A DNA stretch of 64,000 bases from Trichinella spiralis (Eukaryota). Both the position numbers and the translations under genes were made by a program. Location: assembly GCF_000181795.1 (NCBI RefSeq), contig NW_003526948.1:71438-135437 (forward strand), read 5' to 3'. The notes beneath the pieces are model-generated. The model ran no database searches and was not told where the DNA came from. It saw only the letters and a list, made by a program, of their open reading frames with translations. Of this stretch, positions 30,353 to 56,027 are shown piece after piece. How positions within the stretch are numbered: position 1 is the first letter of the stretch; the number at the start of each line of letters is the position of its first letter.

Positions 30353-31225
30353 TTTTCACTGTTATAACATGAGTGAAAATTTTCGCTTTGGAATAGCTGT
30401 CAGATACGCAAATATGCCCAACTGCTTTGAACCGGTGCAAAATTAGGGACAGAGCGACGGACATTCAAAACTGGGTTGTTATTCGTTTAATAAATTACGC
30501 TCTTTTATTAAGAAAACTTTTCTTTGGTGAGAATTGAAACGCCAGAACATTTTATTCCGGAAATGCAAGAATACACGTCACGCCGTCACTGGACACTGTC
30601 AAAACAACTAGGCTGTGGCATAAAATGGCTATTTTGAAACTGTTGTCTTCGATGATCGTGCTACTTGGAATTGACTTTAAAACTGAATCCTGCATGCTGA
30701 ACTTGTACTTATAAATTGGCTAACAAACATTTTGCAATAAACTATGATAAACATGTGATGGTGATGGCTGAAGTAAAAAAGTACAAACTTTTACAAATTC
30801 TACATTCATCAATATTGCATCTATCTATCTATCTATCTATCTATCTTACAATATTGGTTGAAAAGTCGGCAATTAAGTTCGCAATATTTCGCCGTGTATT
30901 CTCTGCTCAGCAGATATTACAAATACAGCACGACTGTGCAATGTTTAATCGGGTTTGGTCACGTCACGCTCAATTAACTGGTCTATAATTCTTCAGTTAA
31001 AAGCACTACATTTCTGCCAAAAAATGTACCGTATAAAATCCACTCGTACTGAAAAAACTATGTGAATAAATTTTAAAAAACAAGCATGCAATAATAATGC
31101 ATTAACAAGCTGAAAAGTGCAAATGTGCAAAAATTTCAGTTTGAAAACTTTGCTTCTATAAAAAAGCATTTGACAACAATTTAAATTGAGGCAAAGGAAA
31201 GCGTTTTTTATTCGTTTCATGGCTG

Positions 31226-32879
31226 TCAGTTGAGACAAAACATTCTATATACGTTGCAGTAGTGGCGAGCTTCAGGACGTTCATATCCAGCACAAGCAGT
31301 TTCGGATATATCTTTAAATTGTTGGCAAAGTATGCTCCTGGTTTGAGCAATTTTAATTTGGTCATGCAAAGTCAACGTTGGATAAGCGTCTCTGCCTAGG
31401 AGTGAAGCCAATTTTGAATCAGCAGGTACCAGTTGTCTTCGACTGCATTTATCAGCATACGAGAGGCAAAAAAAAGCTGAATCGTGAGGTGGAATCTGTT
31501 TTAAACACGTTGAATCAAATGCACCTATATGTTGCGCACAATAAATGAAATGATGCGGGGAAATTGACTCTGGTCCAACAATTGTAGTGGGCATTAAAGC
31601 GGAATGGGTGACTGGTATTGGGAAGCCACGAGTAGGAGGACCAAACATTGGCTTTTTCAATGCACAGCTACGTCTGAATTTGCTGCAGACGTCCCTAATC
31701 TGACCAATTTCATTTCCGGTGCACAGCTGCTTGGCTATTGGCATGTACTCTTCACAGAGTAATGACCGTTCATCCGATGGAGCTTGCACAGTTAATCTTG
31801 GTTGTGGTTGTGGTTGTGGTTGTGGTTGTGATTGGGGCTGTGATTGTAGAGGGCTTTGAAAAACAGTAGGTCGTCCACAATTACGATGATACAGTTGGCA
31901 TACTTCTACGTATTCTGATGGAACAGTTCCTATGCAAACCTGGTTAGCTATAGGGGCGTATTTTGTGCACATTTCTTGCTTGTCGAATGAAAGGGATTGC
32001 AGTTGAGGATGTTGTCTGCTCAAACATGTTGTACGATAAAGTTGGCAAAGTTGATGAAACTGGGAATTTTCATTGCCAGTACATATTTTATTCGCAACTG
32101 CTTTGTACTTTTCACAGATATGCGCTAACTGTTCAGGAGGCAAATGTTCTACTGCAGTAACTGGTAAGTCAGGCTTTGATTGCACTTCAGTATGCTGAAC
32201 TTTGCAAGATATTCTGTATGCCTTGCAGAATCGATCAATTAGTTCTTTGGAACCTGCAACATTCTTTTCTACGCAAAAATAGATATAATGCGGCTGATTT
32301 CTGCCGCAGTAGTTAGCGATGTCTGTGCTCGGTGAACGTGCTGCGACTGTTGATGGCTTCTTAATTTCAGCAGCATCAATGCTTTCACAAGCAGCAGGCA
32401 TCTGAAAGCGTCTGCACAGTTCCATTCTGCTTGGAACTGAAATTGAATTTATTAAAAAGGTTATTTTCCTTCATTCTCATATGTCTCAAACGAACATTCC
32501 AATGGACAGTGAATTGAACTATGGTGTTGTAAAAAATGAGAAAGAAACGTTCGATAATTAAGTGAAGTTCAATTTTGAGACCGTTATTATTATTATTATT
32601 TTTTGGCGCTGTACATCAGAATTGATTCAATTTGTGATCCTATTTGTTTATAGTGAAAAAAGTACGAAATTGTAATCCATGCCAACCTAAGCATTGTGTT
32701 GGCAAAAGTTGTATTATTACTGAAATTGCTCGTCTAAAATGATTATTCAAATACTGCATAGTTTACATTTAAATTTCCAACTGAAAGTTAAAAAACAATT
32801 TACCTGTTCTTCCATTAAAGCCATTTGAAATAGCAAGCAAGATGAGAGAAAAAATGGACAATTTTTGCAGTAGATTCAT
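31226..32879 (-). CDS. Secreted Cys-repeat protein B, tandem paralog of A, no Gly tail (~428 aa)
   Basis: Signal-peptide exon 32879-32804 (MNLLQKLSIFSLILLAISNGFNGRT, phase 1) joins exon 32436-31226. It has six 4-Cys repeats and a (PQ)n linker. Confidence 0.85.
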
Positions 32880-33453
32880 ATTTGAAAGATGAAGAAATTG
32901 CAAGGCTAGAAATAGTGATAGAATGAAATGCGACCTTGTTTGCTCCAATGTCATGTATGTCGCGTTTTCTTGTACGTTTAAAACAAGGACTTTTAATCTA
33001 GTTTTCTATCTTATACCGTAATTAACGAACTCTGCAGTTTCAAGGATGCAATCACTAAATAAAAGTAGCACATTTAGCCCATACAGACAAACCTAGATTG
33101 TACGGTAAACTGTAATCCATCGGTTAGCTATTTAAATAAGAAAAGAAGAAGAAGAAGAAGAAGAACAAATTCCAAAGTTATGTAAAAGTCCTCACTCGAT
33201 CTTGAAGTACAGTATTCACTGTGATGAATTCTGTGATAGCTTATCAAGATTAGAAACCGCATGAACTAAAATTGAAAAGTATATATTGTAAACATTTTTG
33301 TGAATAAATTTCACAATTAATTACATTTTTTTATTTATAGAAATGTTTTCACTTTTAATATTTTGCAATTATTTGCTTAAAGCAGTAAATTTATTGTAAT
33401 TTTCACTTTGTATGTGCATATGCTCGACATGAAACGACTGAAATGTGAAAATT

Positions 33454-33477
33454 AGAGAGAGAGAGAGAGAGAGAGAT
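33454..33477. repeat. (GA)n microsatellite
   Basis: Direct dinucleotide run. Confidence 0.9.
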
Positions 33478-33527
33478 CATAAAATATTTTAGATTTAATG
33501 AATTGAAGCTTCTTGAAATTGTCAAAA

Positions 33528-45715
<12,188 letters not shown>

Positions 45716-46720
45716 CACTTATAAAATCCACTTGGCTGGTATGTTGGATTTTTAATAACTTTTCCCACTGAAAACAGTGGGACCGTGAGCGGAATGGGAA
45801 AATTCAATTATTCAAATCAACCTTCAACAAAGCAATCGTTTGTGCATGTCGAAATTTGGTAAATGGAACTTTGTTCCAATTTAAACAAAACTGATACACG
45901 TTGATTTCAGCTATTTCGAGCAAGTGGTAAGGGGATGGGGAGAAAGGGATATAGAAGAAGAGATGAGATGAAGTGGCGTGTGTAATGATGGCGGCAGGGG
46001 TGATAATTAGAAGGGAGAGGGAAAAAAATTTTTACACATCACATCGACGACATTAAATTATCATCAATAGCAGTAAATTACGCTTGCCAGTGGAGACGGT
46101 CAAATTTGGAGGTCGAGACGCAGTCGCTCCAAGCCACACCCCACCAATCTATGTACGGATTTGATACGCAGTTTTCATGGCGCATCGATCCGCTTTTGGT
46201 CCACCGGTTGAAAATTAATTTGTTCACTCTGGACGCGGATTAATTTGAATTACTGGCCAGTTGCACTGTTCGCCGGTTCATTAACCGACCGATCCTGTTG
46301 CTTGGACGCGTCCAATTATACTGTCCCCAGTAGTCGATTGATCGGCGCGCTTCAGTTGCCATGCTGTTGCCAGGGGGATTTTGGAGGAGAGGGGGGGGGG
46401 AGGGGGGAAAGAGGATGGGAAGGGGAGGGATTTTCTTAAACTACACAGAGGTCATTGTGCCATTGTGGCTGGCAGCAAATCATTTTAAACTACTGGACAA
46501 CAGCAAGCCGATTCTTTGATATTTTATTGAATTATTTTGAAAAAAAGAAAAGCTCAATTTTCACAATCGAGCTGGTTGCTTTTTGTATTTGACAAGTGAA
46601 TTTGCTTGGACCATCTCACTTGTAAACCCTTAAACATTACCCAACAATATGCAAACCTTAAAATCTATTTCTCTCTATTCACAATTTCTGACACTAAGCA
46701 TGTCTTGTAATTTCATTCTT

Positions 46721-46723
<3 letters not shown>

Positions 46724-46753
<30 letters not shown>
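46724..46753. repeat. (TA)n microsatellite
   Basis: Direct dinucleotide run. Confidence 0.9.
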
Positions 46754-46761
<8 letters not shown>

Positions 46762-47648
46762 AACATGCTTTATTCGGCTGCAATTGTATTGAATCATTTT
46801 AAAAATTACATTTCAATTTGCCTGAAATGCACGCTACTAAACATTTACAAGTGATGAATCAACAAAGACTGCTGTAATTGATTTTTTTTTGAAATTTGAA
46901 TCATCATATCAAAAAGCAATTTTCTTCGCAAGAACTTTCTTGTTATCATATTCTATTTTGGAAAATATCCGCTTACACGAAACTTGATGTGCAACACAAA
47001 GCTGTTGCAAAATGAAATTGCTATTATCACTGAAGCTATGCGAAAAAAAAATTATCTATTAATTTATTGGATGATCAATCAAATTAAATCAAATTAAATT
47101 AAATTAATGCATCACTGTTTCAGTGAAAGCAACGTCTACTGTTACTGTTTGCTTTAAAAATATTTCCACTATTACATTAATAATTTAAAATTTTTATTGT
47201 ATTAAATATTTAAATAAATAAATACCAGTTTAGATTGGTATTTTGTTGAAAATTTAAAGTAAAAAATGATCAGAAAATCGTATCAGTATGATCGTATCAG
47301 AAAATGTTTATCTTCAAATTCAACTGTAAAACTTTTAAATTTCCATTGATTTTAAATTCAATTTGAAATTATTCATTATTCCACACTTGAACGTTGTTAA
47401 AATTCATTACAAAGCTGTGTAATAAATTTTAATTGAAAATGAATGATGTTCTTTGTTAATGAAATAAAAATAGTTGGCCAATTGTACAAACAAATCACCG
47501 AAAGTGATTAATTTAAAAAAAAATTTTAATTAGCTTTTGTCCATTTGCTGCAAATAAAATTATTCCAATAATTGTTTTGCATGTTTTATTTTGAAATATG
47601 AAAAGTATTAATTATTAATATTGGATATTTTAATTTTTATTCAATTAT

Positions 47649-49064
47649 TCATGAATTATAAGGGTTATAAGATTCGATTGGTTGTTGTAGAGATTCTTTG
47701 TAGGCGGGAATCAGAACTTCACTAACACCACAATCGCTGTGGCAGTAGAAAGCCGCCGGACCAGGTTCCCCTGGTGGGCCGGGTTCACCGGGTGTACCAG
47801 GACGTCCTGAAAAATTATAATTTGGAAAATATGGAATATGCAAAAAAATTTTTTTTTCTTCATACCTTGTGGACCGGCAAATCCTTTCGCCCCATTTAGA
47901 CCAGGGGGTCCGGGTGGTCCATTAATTATTGAAGGTTTTCCTGGTCTTCCTGAAAATCAATACTTTCTCAAAATTGAATAAAAATTTTTTCCAAATAAAA
48001 TTACCTGGCAAACCGGTTTGCCCTGGTGGTCCTAAATGGAACAATTTTAAAATTTCATTCGAAACAACGAACATTCAAATATACCTGGGGGTCCTTTTAA
48101 TCCTTTGGAACCGATGCCTGAAAATCCGGGCTCACCAGGCGGACCCATGGGTCCTGGAAATCCTGGAGGACCACGACGACCTTGAATACCGGGCAATCCT
48201 GGAAGACCCGGACTTCCCCTGGGTCCTGGTAAGCCTGGTTTACCAGGATAACCTTTGTTTCCTGTTATTCCACGTTCACCCTGTTTTTTTTAAATTAAAC
48301 ATTTTAAAGCACGATTTAATTTGTACAACAATTCCAATTAAAAAAACATTTCGTGAAAAAAGTGATTTATTTCGTTACTTGAATTCCTCTTAAACCAGGA
48401 GGACCGGCTGGACAAACGATACAAGGGAAATCTGGTTCACTGATCATTTCTATACTTTTGCCATCTTTTCCTGCAATTCCTGGCAATCCCGGTTCTCCGG
48501 GAATTCCATCTTCACCTTTTATTAAGAAAATTTCATTTTTTTCTCATGCAAACCAAACAAACGCAAAAAAATAATAAACATCAGCTTCGCTGCATATTTA
48601 CCTGGAATACCTGGAGGTCCGGAAGGTCCCGGTGGACAGACGAGTTTCGCGCATGCTAAACATATCAAATGCTCATTAAACGCTTTTAATAGGCATTAAT
48701 TTATACATATCCAATACATGGACAGACTGGTGGAAGTTGGCATTCGGACTGTTCACCGCAAATCTGTCGTTTTCGTTTAATATTTGTCGATTGGATTTGC
48801 AGCAGCTTCTCAAAAGCAACATCCGATATTGTCTGAATAATAGACGATAGTGTTTAAATGGGGGAAAAATAAATAAAGAAATATACTCACTTTAAACTGA
48901 AATGCTCGTCTGCTGAGTTCTCCATCAAGGCTTACTGTATAATTCCAAAAAATCGGCAATGAAATGGAACAAAACAAAACGCAACATACGCTGACAGTAA
49001 ATGAAAAAACGGCAATCTGATTGAAAATATCTCCAATATATTTTTCGCTGATTGACAATTTCAT
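47649..49064 (-). CDS. Nematode cuticle collagen
   Basis: Col_cuticle_N transmembrane segment ([23 protein letters not shown]), basic cleavage site IKRKRQ, Cys cluster, interrupted Gly-X-Y blocks over about 8 exons, C-terminal YCHSDCGV. Confidence 0.92.
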
Positions 49065-51279
49065 TGCAATTATTCTCTCTTAGTTGGACAATTTATGAAT
49101 AACTAAATTAAACATGGGCGAATATTTTTCGTCAGCAGACGTTGACCTTTGGAACGGTCACTTCAGTTCACTCAGACAGCTATACTGTTCTGATTCACAA
49201 AGGTCACTAATGCCAATTTCCGTGTAAAAATTATGCAAATTTTATAATTTACACAAGTAGATTTCTTTTTTTTAAATTATTATTTCAAATTAGCTATAAT
49301 TACAAATTGAAATGACAAATATTAAATGTTTATGCAGTATGTTATGGATTGCAATGAACAACTAAACCCTCTGTTATTTAAACGAATTACATAATCAATA
49401 ATACCAGTACAATATGTTAAATATTTGTGCAGTTTTATTTCTGTTTAATGTTTTGTTCTGAATGTTTTTCATTAAATATTATTATTATTATTTGTTTTTC
49501 TGAAAAGTCAAACTGTTGACGTAACGTGCTTATCACAAAATGGGAATTGACGCAAACATTGTCAATATTTACTTAGCATAATCGCGAATTATTCTTATTA
49601 CTTTCATGTACTCTCCAAAATAAGCACTTCAGTTTTTCATTGATTCAAATCTACCTTGTGAGCGAAGTTCAATAATCAATACTTCAATTTTTAAACTACT
49701 TTTATGAAGTATATTTGCAAATGCAGAAACATGCAGATATGAACAGAAAATATTTTTTTTCTTTCATAAAATTCTAATAGTCATCAAATTTTAGATGTAA
49801 TAACATTGCATTTAATATTTTTAATTATTAATTTGGAGACAAAAACTGCCATTTATGTTCAGAAACATCAAAATGATATGCACATCTTTATTTACATATA
49901 TATATACTTAACGCAGCTGTGCACTTTTCTAATATACATGTGTAACACTCAGAATTATTATAAAGTAGTTTTATTTGAGAGATTAAATGTATCTGTTGTC
50001 TAATTAACTTGAATTTGTTATTGAAATTTAAGATTATTATTTTTTATAGCCATTATTACATGTAAAACTACTTAGTTGTATTAAATACAGCGTAGATCAT
50101 CAAATTTTCTTCATTATTCATTTTTATCATTTTTTATTATTTTTACATGATGATATTCTGAATCTGTAAATATAATACATGCGATTTCATCAACTATACA
50201 AAGCTTGAAATTATTTTTGAAATAATCTAGGATACTACTGTAATACAGTATTCTGTTTTCAAGTATTTTCACATAACAAATTTATTTTAGCAATTTATAA
50301 TAATGAAATCAGTCTCTTTATTGTTAAAACATTGAAAAAATTTAATTTCTCTTTAAAAATAACTTCGTTAAATACTTAATAATTTACATTATATCAAGCT
50401 GAGATTTTGACAGTGAAAGAAAAGTGCAATATTACGTCCATTTTCAGAATTGTAACGCCACTTTTATCTTAACTTTCAAATCTTCTTTCTTAGACAATTC
50501 TGTAGAAAACTTAACTGGCAATTTAAAATACGTATACATTTTAAATTGCTCAGTTACATTTCACTGAACAGGCGTTATTCAAGGCCAACGCTGTTGACAA
50601 ATGTTACCTACATTGAGGTGTGGCTGTTTTGAGCTTGAATCATTTTCTTACAATTTGATCGTTTCGAAACCAAAAATTATTGATACTAATGGAATTTGTC
50701 CTACTTACTTGGCATGCGTGAGACATTATTACTTGATTAATGATCTGACTTTTCCGTGAAATAATGCATAGGGTGTGGAATCTAGCTCATGAAATTATTT
50801 TCAGATAAGCACATGAGTATGAAAAAAAATCTAAGCTTTAAACAATCAACAATTAACGAAATGTCACATTCAGCAAATATGTATTATGCACATTTGCGAA
50901 ACATTAAAATTTTTGAAAAATTGCCATGCAAAAAACATGTATAACATATATATGTATTGTTTTCAAGTAGAGATGTGCATTTTAGATTTCTGATCAATTT
51001 GGATGGGCTGATTATTCAAATTTTTTTTCTCTCTCAACATAACCATCAGTTTGCTTAAAAAGTGCTGCTGGCATAAGGTCGGTGACCGCATTGTGAGACA
51101 GTTGACGTAAATGAGCAATTCTTGCGTACTCTTGACCCAAGCTGTCTTGATAAGATGGTACGTTGGGGTCGCTTTTGCCAAGACAGCGTGACATTGTTTC
51201 GCTGTTCCACTTTCATACATCATATAAATAGTGGATATTTTCCCATTTGTGCTTACTGAACGCAGTTTATTGTAGCAAC

Positions 51280-53026
51280 ATGGAGAAGGTGACAATGCCT
51301 TATGTAGCATTCAAAGGCAATGGTGAAGAAAAAGACCGCTCATGTAATAATAGTATTTTCTATTATTTTCAAATATGTTTGATTTTATAAGCTTTAATTA
51401 ATTTTTAGTCGATACTGCCGCATTTGCTGCTTGGATTGCTATTTTGATCAGCACATGTGTCATTGGAATTTGCGCTATTGGTTTGCCAACTCTTACTGGC
51501 ATGGTAAACACAGGAAAGCATAATATGGACAATGATATGCTTGAAATTAAGGTATAAGTATTGATTTTAAGTTTTATGAAATTTCAACAATTTTCATTGC
51601 AGCGCCAGGCGGATCGTATATGGGTAGAAATGATGAGCGTCCATGAACGTCTTCGCAATAAACGTCAGGCATATGGTTCGTATTTGAGAGGTGCTTCAAA
51701 TCAGCATAATAATGTTATTTCTTTGCGTTTAAGGCGGCGGCATGCCAAGTGATCAAATGCTTCGTTATCCAAATGAGCAGTTTGGTGTCCCGTCCAGTCC
51801 AAGTAAATTTAATTTAATTTAATTGTAATTTTTGGAACAAGATGTAAGAAATTAAATTTTAGCATATATGTACCCGGAACAGCCTATGCCAGATACTGGA
51901 TATGGTCAAGCTGGACCAAGTCAAGGACAGCTAGGGGCTGAAGAATGCGGTAAACGCTACTTCATTGTATATGTGACATATCTGGTTTTGAATTGAATTG
52001 ATTTCTAGTTTGTGATCAACCGAATCTTTGTCCGCCTGGGCCACCAGGTGAACCAGGCTTACCTGGTTTAGACGGGAAAGATGGTTTGCCAGGGTATGGC
52101 TATAAAATTCATTTTTCCCTGAATATAACATTTTTATCACTTTCTCTTTCAGTGAAAATGGTTTACCAGGTCGTGATGGAACTCTAGTGCCTGACGAAGA
52201 TGATTGCCAAATCTGTCCTATGGGACCACCTGGTCCTCCTGGCCCTGAAGGTACTGAAATAGCTAAAATTAGATAATCATTTTCTAAAGTGAACTCTCTT
52301 AGGTCCAAGAGGGCCCCAAGGATTTAAAGGGCCACGTGGACAACCTGGCAGACCAGGTATGCTCAGTTTTATAGAAAAATCTTGTTAGCATTTATCTCTG
52401 AATATTTTCTTTCTAGGTGCACCCGGAAGAGATAATACAGAGGTTGGAACACCTGGACCACCAGGTATGCAGTAATTATTTTTTTTCTAATATTATTTAT
52501 TACAAATCAAATATATAGGACCTCCTGGACGTGACGGCAATCCAGGACCACAAGGATTACCTGGAGCGAATAGCGAAGGTGGTAAAGGTGAAAAAGGTAA
52601 ATATGGTTTTCACGATGCAATATAATAAAATATAATATTTTCACAATTCAAGGAGAACCAGGCCCACCAGGACCAATGGGTGAAGTTGGACCCCAAGGTG
52701 CTCCTGGAATTCCGTACTCTGGACCTCCGCTCAGTGGTTATCCTGGTGCTCCTGGTCAACCTGGAGAAATGGGTCCGCAAGGCCAACCCGGACCACCTGG
52801 ACCACCAGGTAAGACTCAGCATGATAGAAAGCATTATAAATGCTTAAAAATATTTTTTGCAGGACCTGTTGGTGAACCAGGTCGAGATGGACAATACTGC
52901 CCTTGCCCCAACCGACGACCACCTGAGCCACAGCCACCACCGTACATGTCCCAGCAGCCAATTATTGTTGAAAACTTTGGTCCTCCAGTTTTCCAGAACT
53001 ACCAACGACGTCATCGCATTCACTAA
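51280..53026 (+). CDS. Nematode cuticle collagen
   Basis: Spliced N-terminus [48 protein letters not shown]; furin site RNKR; Gly-X-Y exons; C-terminal YCPCP. Confidence 0.92.
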
Positions 53027-55157
53027 ATGTTTGCTAACACTTTATAGTGGATTTTCGTAAAACATCTTCTTAAAGCATATATTTTATTTTTGCAACAAAA
53101 TACCGTTGGAAAATATTACATTTCTAAAATAAATACTGTTTGAAATCATAATTTGTTTATAATTATGGCATTTTCACTGAAAACACTTTGTAATATCATA
53201 AAGTTATGCTATGATTCATTTAAATGTTAAGACTCATTATTTTGAGGAATGTCAGCAAATTGAAGCAAAGCTATTTAATATGCACTTATACATATTTTTT
53301 TTCAGTTATCTTGGCTTAATGAAAGAAAAGTTTTCATTTTTTACATCATATATTTCATGAATATTCAGTTTTTGAATGATTTTAAAACAGGCTCTTTCTA
53401 TTAGTGCAAATGTGTCAACTGATTGCTAGCACACAGTAATTACTTGAACATATTATTACTTGAATTACTAATTACTTGAATGACATCAATTTCCAATTAT
53501 TCAATTAGCTCGTTGTTAGCTTTCGAGCGATTTCTGATATTAATTTTTTTAAAACAGCTTTCGTCTTATTTTCATTACTTGGGAAAACATTTAACAATGA
53601 AAAGCACAATTTAAGAAAATCTACGAAAAATAAAAGTATATGTCCGTGAAATGTGTGCATGTGTGTGCGTCAGAGTTTAGAAAAGCAGAAGCATGCTTTC
53701 ACAGTGAAATTGAAAATTTTCTCATTTATGCAAACGTTTGCCAGACAAATTAGATGATTGGTTGCTGATGAGCAGCAATAATGTTAGAAAGTTTTGTCTT
53801 TAAGATGAGATTTTTAAGCATGTTGAATTTTGCATAACCTAAAAAACAAAAGATATAAAACAAATTTTGAATGTTTTGATTTGCATTATTATTGCTTTTT
53901 GCTTAAATATTTTTTGAATAAGCAAGCATGTCCAGCGGTAAAATTATTTCACAAATTCAAAGGGCAACCACAGATTTCAATTCTCCATGATAGAAATTAA
54001 ATTTCCGACTTGAATGCAACTATAAAGTAAGTGAGCTTGCCTTGTAGTTAGTCGATGGGGCTTCTTTTATTGTATTAAATAAAGATGTAAATTTTTAATT
54101 TATACAGCTTATTAAGCGAATAAAAGTTTTACCATAAAAGAACATTACATCAGCAAAGATTAAATCATGCAAAATAATACTTTCTTTATTCATGCAGTTT
54201 ATTGTAGTCAAAGAAAATGCTATTAATCGAATGTTTTATGCCGTATTTTACGTTTATTTTGTTCAGAGTATGAAAAACACTTATTTTGAATTTCAAATGT
54301 CACCGTCTCATCAATGTGCATTTTATCATTTGCTCTGTTTGCTTGATTTATTCAGCGTAGCTAGAAAGCTGTCTATTTTATCTTACTTTACTTATTTTTT
54401 TCAAATCAGCACATCTCTGATGAAAGCAAATTCTTGGTAAGGAATATGTTTCATGAACATATGATCAACTATATGCAAATTTCTATTCGTTAGCAATGTC
54501 ATCTTTAGCCGAATCAGTGAAAAAAGGTCTTCTTATTGCATGCATTATCTAGTGGATGTTTACAACGTTTGCAGCTGAGCCGACCGTTGACCAACAATAA
54601 CAACAATTGGCTTTGATGCTTGCAGACGTGAATTCAGCTCAAATAAATACAAACAAACCAACTCTGCGTAAGGGGTGTGTTTTGGTGGGCGTTGCTAGTG
54701 CTTGTTAAATCAGAACTGTATTTGCAGTGCTTTTAAAAATAAAGATCCATTTGCACATGTTTTCATTTTCTGCAATTTTTAATTAAAGTTTTAAATCCAA
54801 GCCAAGAAAATGCTTTGAAATAAATCTAGGGTTAAAATTGCTTTCCAAAACAGTAGCAAACTTCGGATGAATAAGAATAAGATGGAAAGGGAAAAGCCAG
54901 GCGGCGACAACGGGTTGGCTAAAATTCCACTTGCCAACAAGCAGCTGTGTAAACAGATGGTTCAGCTTAACAGTGAGTGACTTGGCCAAGTCCACATTGC
55001 TCATTCGCGCTGCTAATAAAGCTAGACGGCCTATAATCGCTTCTCGTCCGCTTCTTCTCACGTTTCGTCTTCTTGTGGAGGCGATAAACGACAAACACCA
55101 GCCTCTGGCTGATACAGCATCAGGATTTTACCACCTTGGAATTGAACTACTGACGTG

Positions 55158-56027
55158 ATGACTGATCAACTGTTTTATCCCAACAGTATGGTCGACACTA
55201 GTGTAGATTTGTCAGATATGCACACTGATGTCCATTCGTCTGTACAGCTGTTTCCTGAAAAGGTTGATGAGCATCCTTCTATTGAAGAATCCAGAGAAAA
55301 CATCACTGAAACACTCACATCAAGACGTACTTGTAAGCGTACTGACAAACCACCCCATTCTTACATCGCCTTGATTGTAATGGCAATCGAAAATCGACCT
55401 ACGAAAAGAGCAACATTGTCAGAAATATATCAGTTTCTTCAAGAACGATTTGAATGTTTTCGTGGAACTTATCAAGGATGGAAAAATTCTGTCAGACACA
55501 ACCTTTCTTTGAATGACTGTTTTGTTAAGCTTCCAAAAGTAGCTGGTCGATCAGCTAAAGGGCATTATTGGGCAATTGATCCCGCAGCAGCGGCATGCCA
55601 GTTTTGTTTTGAGGATGGATTCATTAAGCGTCGACCGAAGAAGGTGAAACGGACTAAAGAATGTTCAAGGATTGATGAGGCTCATTTTCAACGTCATTCA
55701 GCTCAAGAAGCGAACAACTGGACCCAGAATGTTGATCTTCAACTACAAATGGGCAACGATAAAGCATCTGCTAATGCTGCCTTGTTGGCAGCTCCAGCAC
55801 GATCACCAATAGTCCATTATGGACAAACGGGAGGATACTGGATGAGTCAATGGGTTCACACGCCTAATGGATACCAAGCTGCGCCACCAATGCAAGATGA
55901 ATTTTCCCAAACTCAACAGTACATGTGCACACAGCAGCATCCATATGAAACTGCATCCGTCGCAACTAATGGACAGACGTTTTTTGACGGCGCTTATCAA
56001 ACAATCGGTTCGTTTGACGTGCAGTAA
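55158..56027 (+). CDS. FoxF: Forkhead transcription factor, FoxF class (let-381/biniou type), intronless
   Basis: [59 protein letters not shown] matches FoxF-diagnostic residues ([25 protein letters not shown]). Confidence 0.88.
   Translation: MTDQLFYPNSMVDTSVDLSDMHTDVHSSVQLFPEKVDEHPSIEESRENITETLTSRRTCKRTDKPPHSYIALIVMAIENRPTKRATLSEIYQFLQERFECFRGTYQGWKNSVRHNLSLNDCFVKLPKVAGRSAKGHYWAIDPAAAACQFCFEDGFIKRRPKKVKRTKECSRIDEAHFQRHSAQEANNWTQNVDLQLQMGNDKASANAALLAAPARSPIVHYGQTGGYWMSQWVHTPNGYQAAPPMQDEFSQTQQYMCTQQHPYETASVATNGQTFFDGAYQTIGSFDVQ

Noticed and set aside
53439..53480. Repeat-spacer pattern as a CRISPR-like array
   Set aside because: 10-bp repeats with 6-bp spacers in a eukaryote, and no cas genes.
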